Source: Podarcis pityusensis
Lineage: Eukaryota
Strand: one strand, 5' to 3'
DNA length: 64,000 bases
Assembly (NCBI GenBank): GCA_964106645.2
Contig: OZ067052.1
The translations under genes were made by a program, and so were the position numbers. Every line of letters begins with the position of its first letter. The stretch's first letter is position 1. The notes beneath the pieces are model-generated. The model had not been told where the DNA came from. It searched no databases and saw only the letters and a program-made list of their open reading frames with translations. This document shows, piece by piece, positions 50,281-62,157 of the stretch.

Positions 50281-51505
50281 CCACAGCTTTAGTTCCACCT
50301 GAAATATAATTGTGAAGCGGGAGGCAATGCCTACAGTTGAATACATCAGTGATACATCCTTTTTCTATGCAGGTGCCAATTGTATGCAGAAGGTCTCAGG
50401 TATGAAACCTAGAATCTCTTCTCACAGGTAGAAGGGCTGGGAAAGTCTTCTACCCGAGACCACAGAAACCAGCTGCCAAGATACAAAGCCAATACCGTAG
50501 GCCTTGTTTGCCAAGGCGACAAACCTGGACTAGGAACAACCCAGGAACCTAGTCCTTCAAGCAGCTAAAAATTGGACAGTGGTGCTCATGAAAGTTTGCC
50601 TTTCCTCACTCTCCCTGTGGAGCCAATGCCAACGAATTTGTGGTGGACTGTTGGCTTCAAGGAACTGGATGGACTTTACTTCAACACTGCGAATATTTAA
50701 GTAAGCCAAAGGCCCAATCATAGACGGTGGCTGGAGATCTTGCAAAGACAACCTACTCAGGAGAGAAGTTGTCTCCGAACAACAAGCATGAAGCTCTTTA
50801 AACTATTGAGGAAGACCGGAGTTTGTGGGGGGAGAGAATTGCTGCACTCCTGCCTTCCGCAAAGGCCACTGGAAAGAACAAACAATCAGACGCTGGACTG
50901 AAAAGCAGGGGGCCTCTCGCAAGCAGTAGGTAATTAAAAAGGCCTGTAAAATCTCCTGCAAAAAAAAAAAAAAAAAAGCAGCACTTCAAAGAGACCGTAA
51001 TTCCAGCACTGACCAGTCAGGACTGTGTGGTGTAAAAATTATGAGTTTTCCCAATGGGGTGCTTTGTGTGAAAAGGCAAAGGGGATTGGTGGCAAGTGAT
51101 TCGGCACCACTCGGGGAGAATTTTATGTTTGTGTGTGTACAAAGGGTGTGCGCGGGCATTTGTCAACGCAAGCCGAATCCACCCGCACACAGGAACAGCA
51201 GGGGGGCCGGAGAGGAGAAAGGCTCACACACAAGGCCACACTGCTCACTCGGGCCTTTGTTCCAGCCAAGCCAGAGCAACTGCTGCTGCTTGGGCGCTGC
51301 TGCAGCAGCAGTTGTTAACCCAGGACGGAGGGACATTGAACGTAAGGGCAGCCTGGCTAGGTCAGGCCTACAGAGGCTTCCCACATGGAGTGGCTAACCT
51401 CCTGGAAACCCGCAAGCAGGACTGAAAAGCAACACACATTTTTCACTCCAGCACCTACTCCCCAAAGGCATATGCCACCACCCCAAGGCAGATTTCTCAT
51501 ATATC

Positions 51506-51652
51506 TCATATAACCAAAGAGTTGGAAGGGACCCTGAGGATCACCTAGTCCAACTCCCTACAATACAGGAATTTGCAGAGGTCCCTTGTGGGGATCGAAC
51601 CCGTAACCTCGCCGTTATCAGCACCATGCTCTAACCAACTGAGCTATCCAGC
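51506..51652 (-). mobile_element. tRNA-Ile(GAT)-headed SINE with CR1 tail
   Basis: Minus strand reads gctggatagctcagttggttagagcatggtgctGATaacggcgaggttacgggttcgatcccc...ttcctgtattgtagggagttggactaggtgatcctcagggtcccttccaactct. Confidence 0.87.
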
Positions 51653-51889
51653 AGGCATGGGAATCTAAGTTCCATGGACTTCTTTAGGAATGGAAGAAAC
51701 TTCCACCTTCAATTACTCTGACATGGTGTTCTTTTCACCAATATATGCATTTGGGGGCACATTTTGACCTAATACACTCACTTTTGTACACATTTTTCAG
51801 GGGGTGGGAGACCTGTCCATTTCTGAAGCAACCACCAATACATTTCATTGAGTGACCCGAAGTTCTAGCATTACACAAGAGGGTCGCTG

Positions 51890-52215
51890 GTGGTGGGACA
51901 CCTGCTTTGCCTGCAGAAAGTTCCATCCCTGGCAGAATCTCCAAATAGGGATGGGGATGTCCCCTGTCTGAAACTGTAGCAAGTTGCTACAGTGTGGGCA
52001 ATCCAGAGCTTAGAGGGACAGATGGTCTGACGCAGTATAAGTCAGATTCTCATGTTCCAAAGTTAAAAAAGAAAACAGAGGGGTTGACAACTTCTGGAGT
52101 AGCTCTCCTGGGTTTCGGGCTGGAGACAATCCCAGTCCAACCTGGAGATGTCAGAAATTGAACCTGGGAACCAACTGCATGCTAAGCAGATGCTCTTCCA
52201 GCGAGTTTTGGTCCT
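51890..52215. mobile_element. Two degenerate tRNA-Ala SINEs tail to tail (+ at ~51890-52058, - at ~52085-52215)
   Basis: ctgctttgcctgcagaaagtt...gatggtctgacgcagtataag, and ctggagatgtcagaaattgaacctggga...gcagatgctct. Confidence 0.65.
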
Positions 52216-52364
52216 TCTTAAATTCCAAATAAAAATACTACTACTATATAATGCCCCTCTTAAAATGGGGGGGGGGTGAGAGAAGAGAAAGAGAAAAGGG
52301 GATCACTCGGGATACTTCTGAAATACCTGAAATTCCAGACATTAATGAAGAGGGTTTATAGATA

Positions 52365-52590
52365 CAGTGGTACCTCGGGTTACATACGCTTCAGGTTACA
52401 GACTCCGCTAACCGAGAAATAGTACCTCGGGTTAAGAACTTTGCTTCAGGATGAGAACAGAAATTGTGCTCCAGCGGCGCGGCGGCAGCAGGAGGCCCCA
52501 TTAGCTAAAGTGGTGCTTCAGGTTAAGAACAGTTTCAGGTTAAGAACAGACCTCCGGAATGAATTAAGTACTTAACCCGAGGTACCACTG
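52365..52590 (+). mobile_element. Tigger-like MITE, 226 bp
   Basis: TA TSD, intact TIRs, near-identical to 17886-18111. Confidence 0.93.
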
Positions 52591-53456
52591 TATAACCTTT
52601 TCTCTCTCCTTTGGATAATATAAAATTTATGCTGCATTTGTTCTTAGAACCTGTTGCATGTACTATGGACAAAGCAGATTATGAATGCAGCTATATAAAG
52701 GTCACTTCCCCACGGCGACCTGTTTGCAAGCCAGAGTCAAAGCATTCTCTATTTTTGCTTGAGAAAACCCCCCAAAGCAAAACATTTCCCATCCAGTAAG
52801 TGTCAGAGTCACGGGCAATTTCTAAGACGAGCCAACTTTGTCCATCACACGGGAAGTGTGAGCTCTTGCTGCCCTCTCAATCCTGTGTCAGAATAGCGGT
52901 GGTTTTCCCCATTTGTGCAAAAATCTCTTTATTTACATATTTATGAGCCACACATTTATAGGAAATGTAGCAAGGCAGTGTAAAACATGAACATTAATAC
53001 TACAACAACAACAACAGCAGCAGCACTGCTGCTAAAAGCATCAAGGGAACGTCAATAAAACTGGCTGGTTACAAAAAGTGGCCTGTCTGAATGGTCCAGT
53101 TTTTGAAAGATGTCTAAAAGAAAGCTGATGCAAATCTTTGGTGAAGTTCCCAGTCTAGAAGTGGCCCCCAGTTTGCTGCTGGCCTTTAAAACCAAAATTC
53201 ATCAGCGAAACAAACTGAGACTAGCTGACTATGCCGGCCCCAAGAAATCAGAAAGTAGCACCTCAGAATTATCAGTGCTATGCAATAGATATTGGTGCCA
53301 CTTGGAAAGCTAAAATCACCCCTGACCGGCCTTTCTAGGTTCCTGGCCTATTATTTTGGCCAATAAAAATTGGACATTCACTTGTCCCACTTTATTGACC
53401 TTTCTTTCCAAAGAGATATACCATCGATCCCGTTTTCTTTGGTGTTTCTTTTCTCT

Positions 53457-53917
53457 TAGGGATGGGTGAATTTCTGTTTCTTTTGTTTTCTCCTTTCCCC
53501 ACTCTTGAGTTCTCCACATTTCCACATAATTTTGTACATTATTATTGTTTTTAAGTCCTCATGAAAATTCCATCAGCATTTTGGGGGAAATTTCTCTCTT
53601 AAGATACACATTTCTGTATGCAATTTTACCGAATACACACATTTTTCCAAACCAGATTCCCCCTAATATTTACACCCCCCCCAAATAAAATGCATCCTGT
53701 ATGTTATTTTCAATAATATATGCAATTTAATGCACAGATCCCCCTGGTATGTGCATTATTGTACATCGCTTGGCTGGAGAGCTGCAATGCAAAATTGGAA
53801 CAGTGCAAAATTCAAGGGATGTTCACATTTCGGGTTTGCATAGCGTTTCCTAAAAGTTTGAATTAGTTAGATTGGTCTTTACATGTCAACTGAGTCAAAT
53901 TTCTCCTCCCATCTCTG
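53457..53917. mobile_element. AT-rich non-autonomous hAT-type element
   Basis: tagggatggg / cccatctctg ends, same family as 13436-14780. Confidence 0.7.
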
Positions 53918-54419
53918 TTTTTTGTACACTGCCCTGTGGGGCCCTTGTTAGGGTTGAAAGCCAGTTTGTAAAACTAGTTTTTATTTTTATAAATGCATAC
54001 AATGGGTGACAACTTTTAACCCACTGTAAACCAAAGAGTACTTGCTTGCAGCCCAATATCCTAAACTCTCCCACTTTTTTTTAAAGCTGCACATAAAAAC
54101 ACTTTTTATAGTATATTTATTTAACAAGCTCCCCCTCCGACCCCCCCTTCTTTCTCTCCTTTTCTTGTTTAATGAGGAAGAAAAGGGTGCTTTGCTCCAA
54201 AGGGGGAAGGGCATAAAAACTCTGAGTTGGCATTCAGAAGGGCCTGAGAGTTTGCACAAAGATTCTCTTCCTTCAGGCAGACTCGGCAAAACCAAAAGAA
54301 GTACAGATTTTAGGACATTTGATTTTCTTATTTTTTTTTATTTTAAACGAAAGTATGTGTATAATTCTGCTCCAACTCCTCAAGCAGACTGAATACAATG
54401 GTTAGGAAATTTGACAGAA

Positions 54420-54900
54420 AACTATTCCCGGTCATTTATTGCCTTAATACGCACCTTTGTCCAACAGGCAGTTTTGACAAGAGCAATAAATTCCAAATTT
54501 ATGTCAACAGAGCATATGTTGAACACCTCATTTCTGAGCTAAAGCGGCATGCCGCCCCATAAATCACCGTTCTGTTTGAAATGAAAGTAGATTACAGGCC
54601 TGGGTTATTGAGCAGTTAGAGCTACAGTCATATAAATCAGAACTTTTAACTCTGGGCGATCCGTCGCGCAATTAACTAAAGGGTGCTTTGTCATTTCAGG
54701 GCTCGGGCACAGGCTTCGTGAGGCGCATAGAGCTACTGGGGGGGGCATGGGGTGTTAAGGAGGGAGGGAGAGGGGGGAGTTTATTTGGTAACTGACAGAT
54801 TTGGTGCACCATCGTTATACTAAATACCTGTCGGACTAGTTAATTTTACAGCCAACTGACTAATCCTTTCCAACATTTGCCGCTAAACGCAGATGGGGGC
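54420..54900. promoter_or_regulatory. Candidate enhancer with PBX-HOX sites (intron 2)
   Basis: CCATAAATCA (TGATTTATGG on minus) 54557-54566, TATAAATCA 54631-54639, TTTATTG/CAATAAA, TGACA/TGTCA, retained CpGs. Confidence 0.55.
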
Positions 54901-55984
54901 AGTGGGGGGCAGACTTGCCACCTCTGCGTTTAGGATCCTAAGTAGTTGCTTGGGGAATCTAACGCAGCAGCTGCAATCCAAGGTGTGCGCCTCTTGAGCC
55001 TTCCAACGCAAGGGATCCTGTCTATTCCTTCCCCTCTAGCAATTTTTGGTTGCAACTGAAGGGCGATTACTGCCATCACTGCTACGCCCACCTTCCTCTT
55101 GCGGTTTAGACACTGCAAAGACTAGAAGGTTACATCCAACGTGACAAAAGCAACTCAACTGCTGCAACGTCTTCTCTCCATAAACTCCGGAAACTTTCAT
55201 TTGTGAAGGTTGCTTAAAAATATCGTGTCCGAGAGCCTCAACTGAGCGAAAGATGCCAGGGTTCCTAGAAAGGGGAACTGACTATTGGTTCAGTTCGATG
55301 CGCATAGTTAGGCAGCAAACCCCAACCTGGTGCCCACCATGACTACAACTTCCATCAAGTCCAGCCAGCATGGCCATATTAACTGAGCCTGGTGGGAGCT
55401 GTATTGCAAAATCCGAGGGAGGCACAAGGTTTGGAAAGGGCTATAGTAGAGTTATATCTTCCCTGTGGCAATAGCAGATGTAGAGAAGGTTTTAAGGTCA
55501 ATTTCTGGCATCTCCAGTGTTTGGGGAGAGGGTTAAGGAACAGGTTGCAAGAGCTGGACGAAATCTTCCCTTGCCCAATGCCCTGGAAAGCTGCTGCCAG
55601 TCAGAGCAGACAATACTAAGCTAGATGTACAAATGACCAACTAGGAGTTTAGAAGGTCATTCTTTTGGATGGTTGAATTATGAAGCAGAGGAGGAATCTT
55701 GCATGACCCAATGTGAATCGGTGGCCAGTCACTCTTGCATCCTTGCAGATAAGGTCTCCTCAACAATCGAGACTGGAGGGTCATCTCTTCCAACCCAGTG
55801 TAGACAAAGATAGGCTTGATGTCCTATTACAGAACTGCAAAGTTCAGCTCAGTCGGTGTGGATCCCTACCAACGCTGCAGAACATCTCTGCTGGCTTTCC
55901 AACAAGGAAGGCATATGCCTCTTCTTAGTAGACTTCCCATCCTTTCAGCTGGGTGCTATGATGACAGACCAGAAAACGTACATG

Positions 55985-56300
55985 CAGCAGATATTTAAAC
56001 TGTGGAACTCACTTCCACAGGAGGCAGCGATGGCTCCAAACTTGGGTGGTTTTAAAAGAGGATTGGACAAATGCATGCAGCACGCAGCTACCCATGGCAA
56101 CCAGCCATGTTGGCTATGATCTGCCTCCATGGTCGGAAGCAGTAATGCTTCTGAATGCCAGTTGCTGGAAACCAAAGGAGACGAGAGTCCTCTTGTGCTC
56201 AGCTCCTGCTTGCCAGTTTTCCACAGAACCTAAGAACAAGATGATGGACATCTGCAGATGAACCGCTGGATTGCCCCAGCAGGCTCTTCTCATGTTCTTC
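55985..56300 (+). mobile_element. CR1 LINE 3' end
   Basis: KLWNSLPQEAAMAPNLGGFKRGLDKCM (CR1 ORF2 C-terminus) plus 3' UTR ending ctcttctcatgttctt. Confidence 0.88.
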
Positions 56301-56406
56301 CCAGGATGAGAGGAATCTGCCTTTCTATTACAACCCCTTGTGGCAGTTTGCTGCTAGATCTTGATATATCATTGAAAGATGCTGGTTGGACTAGCAGCCC
56401 CTGGAA

Positions 56407-56496
56407 CAGAGCTGTCAACATTTCCCTTTTTTAAAGAGAAATCCCCTTATTCCGAATAGGATTCCTCGCAAGAAAAGGGAAAAGTTGACAGCTATG
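56407..56496. mobile_element. 90 bp hAT (Blackjack-like) MITE
   Basis: Perfect 8 bp TSD ccctggaa (56399-56406, 56497-56504), TIR cagagctgtcaac / gttgacagctatg. Confidence 0.88.
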
Positions 56497-56689
56497 CCCT
56501 GGAAGAATCCAAAACATCATCTATGCACCGAGGGAACGCCCAGATGCTCAGGACCATAATAAGGAGGTAGCTTACTGGATGATTGGGAAACGAAACTGGT
56601 CAACTGTCAACTCTAAAGCTGAACTGGTTGCGTATCCCCTAAGACACAGAAAAGCAGCAGCATTTGCTATGGACTCACATATATGTGTT

Positions 56690-57450
56690 TGTGTAGATGT
56701 TTTTCGAAAGGCGCTGTTGTGATGCAAAGCGCACGTTCTGGAAGGTTACCAGCCGTACGAACAGCAGCAGCGGCACTATAAAAAGATTCAGACGCTAAGT
56801 ATTTCCTTCCCTATAAAATATTCATTGCAGTATGTGAGAGCCAAGGAGCCGAAACCTTAAGCCTTTTCTAACTTTGTACTGCAGTAATAAACAGACTTTT
56901 ATAGGAACCTTCTGATTTTATTTATATCAGGCTATAAATATGTTGTTCTATCAGAGACAGAACCACAGACGAGCGTGCGCAGGCCCTTTGTGGCTCTGCA
57001 GGGGGACCTGCATAAAAATGGAAAATGAGCAAAAAATTATGCATGCTGGTTTTAGGTTCACATTTGAAAATGAATAAATCGACGCAATAATTTGCAAAAG
57101 AAAAATTAACTCCCTTGTTCTTTTATATATAAATATATATATATAATACAACACGGAAATCAGGTTTCATGGCTTCCTCTACGATGATTTGTGCCAACAT
57201 AGTACAAAAACAACAGATCTCTAGCTTAAGCTCACTTATCCTAATAAAAGTTAAATCAGCTGTCAGCTTAGATCTTGGACTGAGCACATACTTAAGAATA
57301 TCTATTTTACTTCTGGGATGGGGGTTGGGGGTTGGAGGGAGAAAGTGTTTACAAAAAGATGCCACGGAGTGGAAATTACAGCCATGTCTCCTCTTTTCAT
57401 CGCTGTTCAATTTGGCTGTTTCAGTTTTGTGTTAACTGTTTGCACTGATA
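56690..57450. promoter_or_regulatory. Candidate enhancer with HOX13/CDX-type motif cluster (intron 2)
   Basis: CTATAAA(A) at 56776, 56811, 56897 (reverse) and 56932, GTAATAAA at 56884, retained CpGs, no repeat. Confidence 0.45.
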
Positions 57451-57693
57451 AAAATGGGAACAGGGGGAAGGAAAGGGATTAGGCTGTATATAAGGGTATC
57501 TGCAAATATAACCACACACCTCCTCCACATCTCCCCTTCTGCAGAGAGGGCCACCCATGGAGTTTCCACAAGGCTGTGGTCCAGCAGACACACTCAACCG
57601 AGTTTTCTGATAGGAAGCAAAGATTTAAAAACAAGAGCCAAAGAAACATGGGCACTCAGCTGCAAACACGGGAAAAGCACATAGCCTTTCAGG

Positions 57694-57822
57694 CAGCGTT
57701 CTCCAACCTTGGGTCCCCAGATGTTGTCAGTCTAGAACAGGCATAGGCAAACTTGGCCCTCCAGATGTTTTGGGACTACAGCTCCCATCATCCCTAGCTA
57801 ACAGGACCAGTGGTCAGGGATA
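57694..57822. mobile_element. Two partial/nested hAT MITEs of the 23749 family
   Basis: Two left ends in tandem (cagcgttctccaacc..., caggcataggcaaactt...ccagatgttttgggactaca). Confidence 0.65.
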
Positions 57823-58035
57823 GCAACCTCCTTCTAGAGAGATGGTCAAACTCCATGTTGTTGCACATCTTTCCCGACAAGTTGCTTGGTTTTCACTAAA
57901 AAGCAGATCATCGAGAAAGGAGAATCTCTCAGTAGTGTGGGTGGAGAACTACTTAATACCATTCTTCAGCCTTGGTCTTCAGATCAGCTTGCATATAAAC
58001 CCTCAAGAATAGAATAAAAACCCAAGCTAACAAAG

Positions 58036-58089
58036 ACATTACAGCAGGCACTTAAAAAAACAATATATTTTTTTTAAGTGCCTGCTGTA

Positions 58090-58093
<4 letters not shown>
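58036..58093. repeat. Perfect 25 bp inverted repeat with 8 nt loop, abutting a (TG)n tract
   Basis: acattacagcaggcacttaaaaaaa-caatatat-tttttttaagtgcctgctgtaatgt. Confidence 0.95.
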
Positions 58094-58128
<35 letters not shown>

Positions 58129-58689
58129 ATCCATCATAAAAACAGAATCAAGGCAATAAAAGACCTGGGTGTATATAAAAGATTTGCTGCTGGTGCTGGA
58201 ACACTAAGGAGGGTGGCACTGGGAGAAATTCTCTTGGCAAGGGGTTCCAAAGATGAGAATGCTACAACAGACAAGGCTACATCTGTGGTCACCAGAGACT
58301 AGCCCTCTGAGGCTGATTTTAATGGCTGGACAAATTGACATGGGAGAAGTACTTATTTTTGGTGCCTTGATCCCAGCCCATTGAGTGCTTTGATGGTTAT
58401 CATCAGGTACTTTGGACCAGCGGCCAGTCCAGTTGATTAACAGCAGGAGAGATCTGCTCTCTATAGTCTAAGGGTGCTTCCAGGTGAGCATTTATCATGC
58501 TGATGGAAGCCCCACTTTTTTGTAGTGTCCACACAATGCTACCATGGTCAAAATGTCAGCCTGTAGCCTCCACTTAACCCAGAATTACTCTTTCCAAGGA
58601 AACTACTCCAAGTTAGAACAACCTGTTTCAAACAACCTGTTTCAGACACCTCAAACCTCCTAGTGCCGAGGGTTGAATTGCGGCCCCCA

Positions 58690-59200
58690 AACGGTCTCCC
58701 AAGGAAGCTTTGCTTGCAGGCTGTACGAGATGTCATCAGCGCACGGGTACGTTTGGGTTTTGTGGCTTTTAATAACTGATTTCCCCGCCACACACATATA
58801 CGCTGTGCAACGGCTTATGCCATGAACGCTAGCCTGATATGGAGATGGGAAATACATCCAAACAAAGCAACAGGCCTCTCCACTCCGCAAGGAGTCTTGC
58901 AATAGACACGGCTAACTTCGCACGCCACCTCTGATTCTGCAACTTCTTTGGAGGATGCCATTAAGGAGACGGGGGTCTGATTTGCCTCTCGCTCGCTCTA
59001 CTCGCGTCGTTTCGTGCTCCGGTAAATCAATATGAAAATCAATTCATCCACTGATACATTTTATCAAGATACATGCGGCAACGCCACATCTCATCTACAG
59101 TGCAGATATTGTAGAAGCCCAAGGTCATCAGACAGAAAAACAGTCCGACGAGAAAGAAATCCCCCGTTATAGATTGCCTGCAAATCAGAAAAGGGAATGG
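58690..59200. promoter_or_regulatory. Candidate conserved non-coding element, CpG-retaining (intron 2)
   Basis: Many CpGs (ctcgctcgctctactcgcgtcgtttcgtg), GTAAATCAAT, AATCAAT, no repeat. Confidence 0.45.
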
Positions 59201-60059
59201 AATAGAGAATAGGCAGAGAAGATGAGCCTGGGGAGGCAACAATTACTTGGGGGGGGGGGTTAGGAATCAAAGCCCTGTTCAGTTGTTGAAAGGGCACACA
59301 ACAAATGCATAAGGAGGGAGAGGGACACATCATCTCTCCCCCGACTTTGCACGTTCACTGACCCTCTGCTCAGACAAAAACCCTCGTCAGACACTGAATG
59401 AACATGCATAGGTTTGGGGGTGAAGGGGCTTGGGGGTCCACAGGGCAGGTAGGAGTGGACACCTGAGCTTCTTCCAGGTTAAAAATGGGGTAAGGCTATT
59501 AGCAGAAATTGAGTGATAATTGTAAAGAAAAAGAAAAGAAGAACGTATACAAAGTAGAAATGATATTATACAATATAAACCTGTGTAAAAAAAAATGTCT
59601 GTATTGTAGTATAATGAGAAGGATTGGAAGGACGGTGTCAATGAACATTGTCTTGCCTTTTCTTTGCCTCTTTTGATTTCTTTACTTCTTATCTTTATTA
59701 TTTCTTTATTTTCTCTTCCTTTCCCCCCTCTTTGTTATTCCTTTAGAAATTTTCTATTTTCTGTATAATTACACAATGTTTGTACAGATATGTAAATTTT
59801 TAATCAATAAAGAATAATTTAAAGTAAGTAAATAAATAAAAAATGGGGTAAGGTAGGGGCCTGGGTGGCACCTCAATGGGTCCAGCTTTTGGAGGGTTCA
59901 ACACACATTCAATGCTCATTGCAAGCACATGACTTCTCCTAAAGATGCCTGGCAGCTGTAGTTTCCACCTCACAGATATACAGTTCGCAGCACTCATAAC
60001 TAACTGCAGTTCCCAGGATTCTTTGTAAGGAGTCATCTCTCTCTCTGTGTGTGTTTTGG

Positions 60060-60540
60060 ATTATTATTATTTTTTTATTTTTTTTTTAAAATGCTTTTCT
60101 TGGTTTACAAAAATACATGACTTGTCTCTTTTCTCAGGTTGTAAAGTATTTTCTATATATCAGTTACATATGATGTGAGACATTAGTGTTGTACACAGAA
60201 GTCTGGGGAAGGAGAAAAAAGAGGGGGGGAGTGGTAAAGTTATACAGTGGTACCTCGGGTTAAGAACTTAATTCGTTATGGAGGTCTGTTCTTAACCTGA
60301 AGCATCACTTTAGCTAATGGGGCCTCCCGCTGCCGCTGTGCCGCTGCTGCACAATTTCTGTTCTCATCCTGAAGCAAAGTTCTTAACCCGAGGTAATATT
60401 TCTGGGTTAGCAGCGTATGTAACCTGAAGCGTATATAACCTGAGGTACCACTGTGTTCTTATACGTTGTGTGTATGTGGGGGTTTTATGCCAGCATCATT
60501 TGGGTAGGTTCTCTTTCTGTTTGTTTATTACATTTCCATC
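60060..60540 (-). mobile_element. Probable L1-type 3' UTR remnant interrupted by a MITE
   Basis: Poly-T start followed by UTR-like sequence that resumes after 60453. Confidence 0.45.
60245..60453 (-). mobile_element. Tigger-like MITE, 209 bp
   Basis: Reverse orientation of the 226 bp element, lacking one 17 bp subterminal unit. Confidence 0.92.
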
Positions 60541-60691
60541 GTATGGGAAACAGCCTTGCTAGAAAAGCTAGCCAACAGACTGAAACTGATGCAGGGGCAA
60601 ATAGAAGAGGATGCCTTCACCCCAATATGGCTCCCCTTTATCACATACACAGTCCAACAAGGGAGTCTTCTGTGTTGAAGGTGCTTTCAAG

Positions 60692-60827
60692 CAGTATTAC
60701 CCAACCTTGGGCCTCCAGCTGTTTTTGGACTACAACTCCCATCATCCCTAGCTAGCAAGACCAGTGGTCAGGGATGATGGGAATTGTAGTCTGAAAACAG
60801 CTGGAGACCCTAGGTTGGGAAGTGCTG
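60692..60827. mobile_element. 136 bp palindromic hAT MITE
   Basis: Same family as 23749-23884, degenerate TSD ctttcaag/ctttaagg. Confidence 0.85.
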
Positions 60828-62157
60828 CTTTAAGGGAATGGTGTGAACCTGTCCTTAAGAGTTAACTGAAACCTAAAACTGGCTTCCCATGGCTCCACCC
60901 CCCTGGAGAGAGCTGTTCATGAGATTAGAAACACTGCAAGCTACTTTATACAGAATCAGACCCATAAGAGCCAACTCCTAGGGGCTGAGGTCCCTTTGAC
61001 CCCCCCCAAAAAAAGACTTGAGGGGGCTGCCCCCCTGCCCAAAGTTAATGAGCATTGCCACTGAAATGGAAACCTCTGGAATCAGGATGCTAAAGGGGTC
61101 ATTGACGTGATCCAGAAGGCCTCTACTTAGGTTCTTATGACCATAGCATGAGTCAAGGCCATTCAAAGAAAGTTTTTAGTTGTGTTATCTATGGCGGCGG
61201 CAACACAGAGAGGCTGTCCCTCCCTCCCCACCCTGCTTCGATGAACTTGAAAGCAATTATTTACTACAAAACAGTGACATCAGCCACCAGGTGTCTCAAA
61301 TAGCTCTGGCAGGCACCGCTGAGTATCAAATATAATTCGCAACTGCACCGTCACTGCAGCCTTCTCACCTCTAAACATAGGAGACTAAAATAAGAGCTTC
61401 CAAAACAGGGCAGAGGAGTCAGCTGCAGTTTTACAAAAGAAGAAAATAACGCAAAACTCGGTGCTATTTTTATTTGGGGGGGGGGGGAGATGCACATATA
61501 ACAACGTTGCAGATTTCTAAAGATTTACTGCAGAGTGGTGGGGAGGAAATATCAGACAGAATAACCAGGAAAAATGTTCAAATCATGGTAAGAGATGTAC
61601 GGAAGCAACCATTTCCATCCTGCTCTGTGTTTGTCAATCAGCGCTATTCGCATTCTGCTGCCGTTCAGCTTCCACTAAAACCAAAGTTATTTCTCTCACT
61701 ATCCACTATGGTCAAAACATATGGAATTACTGGGTGCAGATGGGTGGGCAGGGCACACAGAGATGGAACGGCTTAGAAAAACATACGGTTGGATTTATGA
61801 CCTTTTCAAAAATGCTTTTCCCCCCTTCGTTTTATCTTTAATTGTTATAAGCTGAGAGGATGGTGAGGAAAGAGCAAGAATGTGTGGATCATGCTATCTC
61901 CAATCTACATCACTTTAAATCCATTTCTAAATGTGTGTGCAGAGGGGTGTTGAGTGAAGAACCGCACTGGAACATTTGGGAAGTGCGAAAGCTGTGGGAA
62001 CTCCAAATTGCCCATTAGTCTTAGAGGTCTGGATCAGGTCTGTGCATGTTGCAATTAGCAACGATCAAATTCCTCAAGCATCCCTCGGAGAGGAAGAGAG
62101 ATTTAGCTGCACTTGTTTTTCTTACTCCTCCCCCCCCCCCCAGCTCTTATGTATTTA

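Noticed and set aside
51575-51652. tRNA-Ile(GAT) gene; likewise tRNA-Lys at 33388 and tRNA-Ala at 63421
   Set aside because: Mismatched stems, no oligo-T terminator after the tRNA body, and direct fusion to LINE-derived tails. These are SINE heads.
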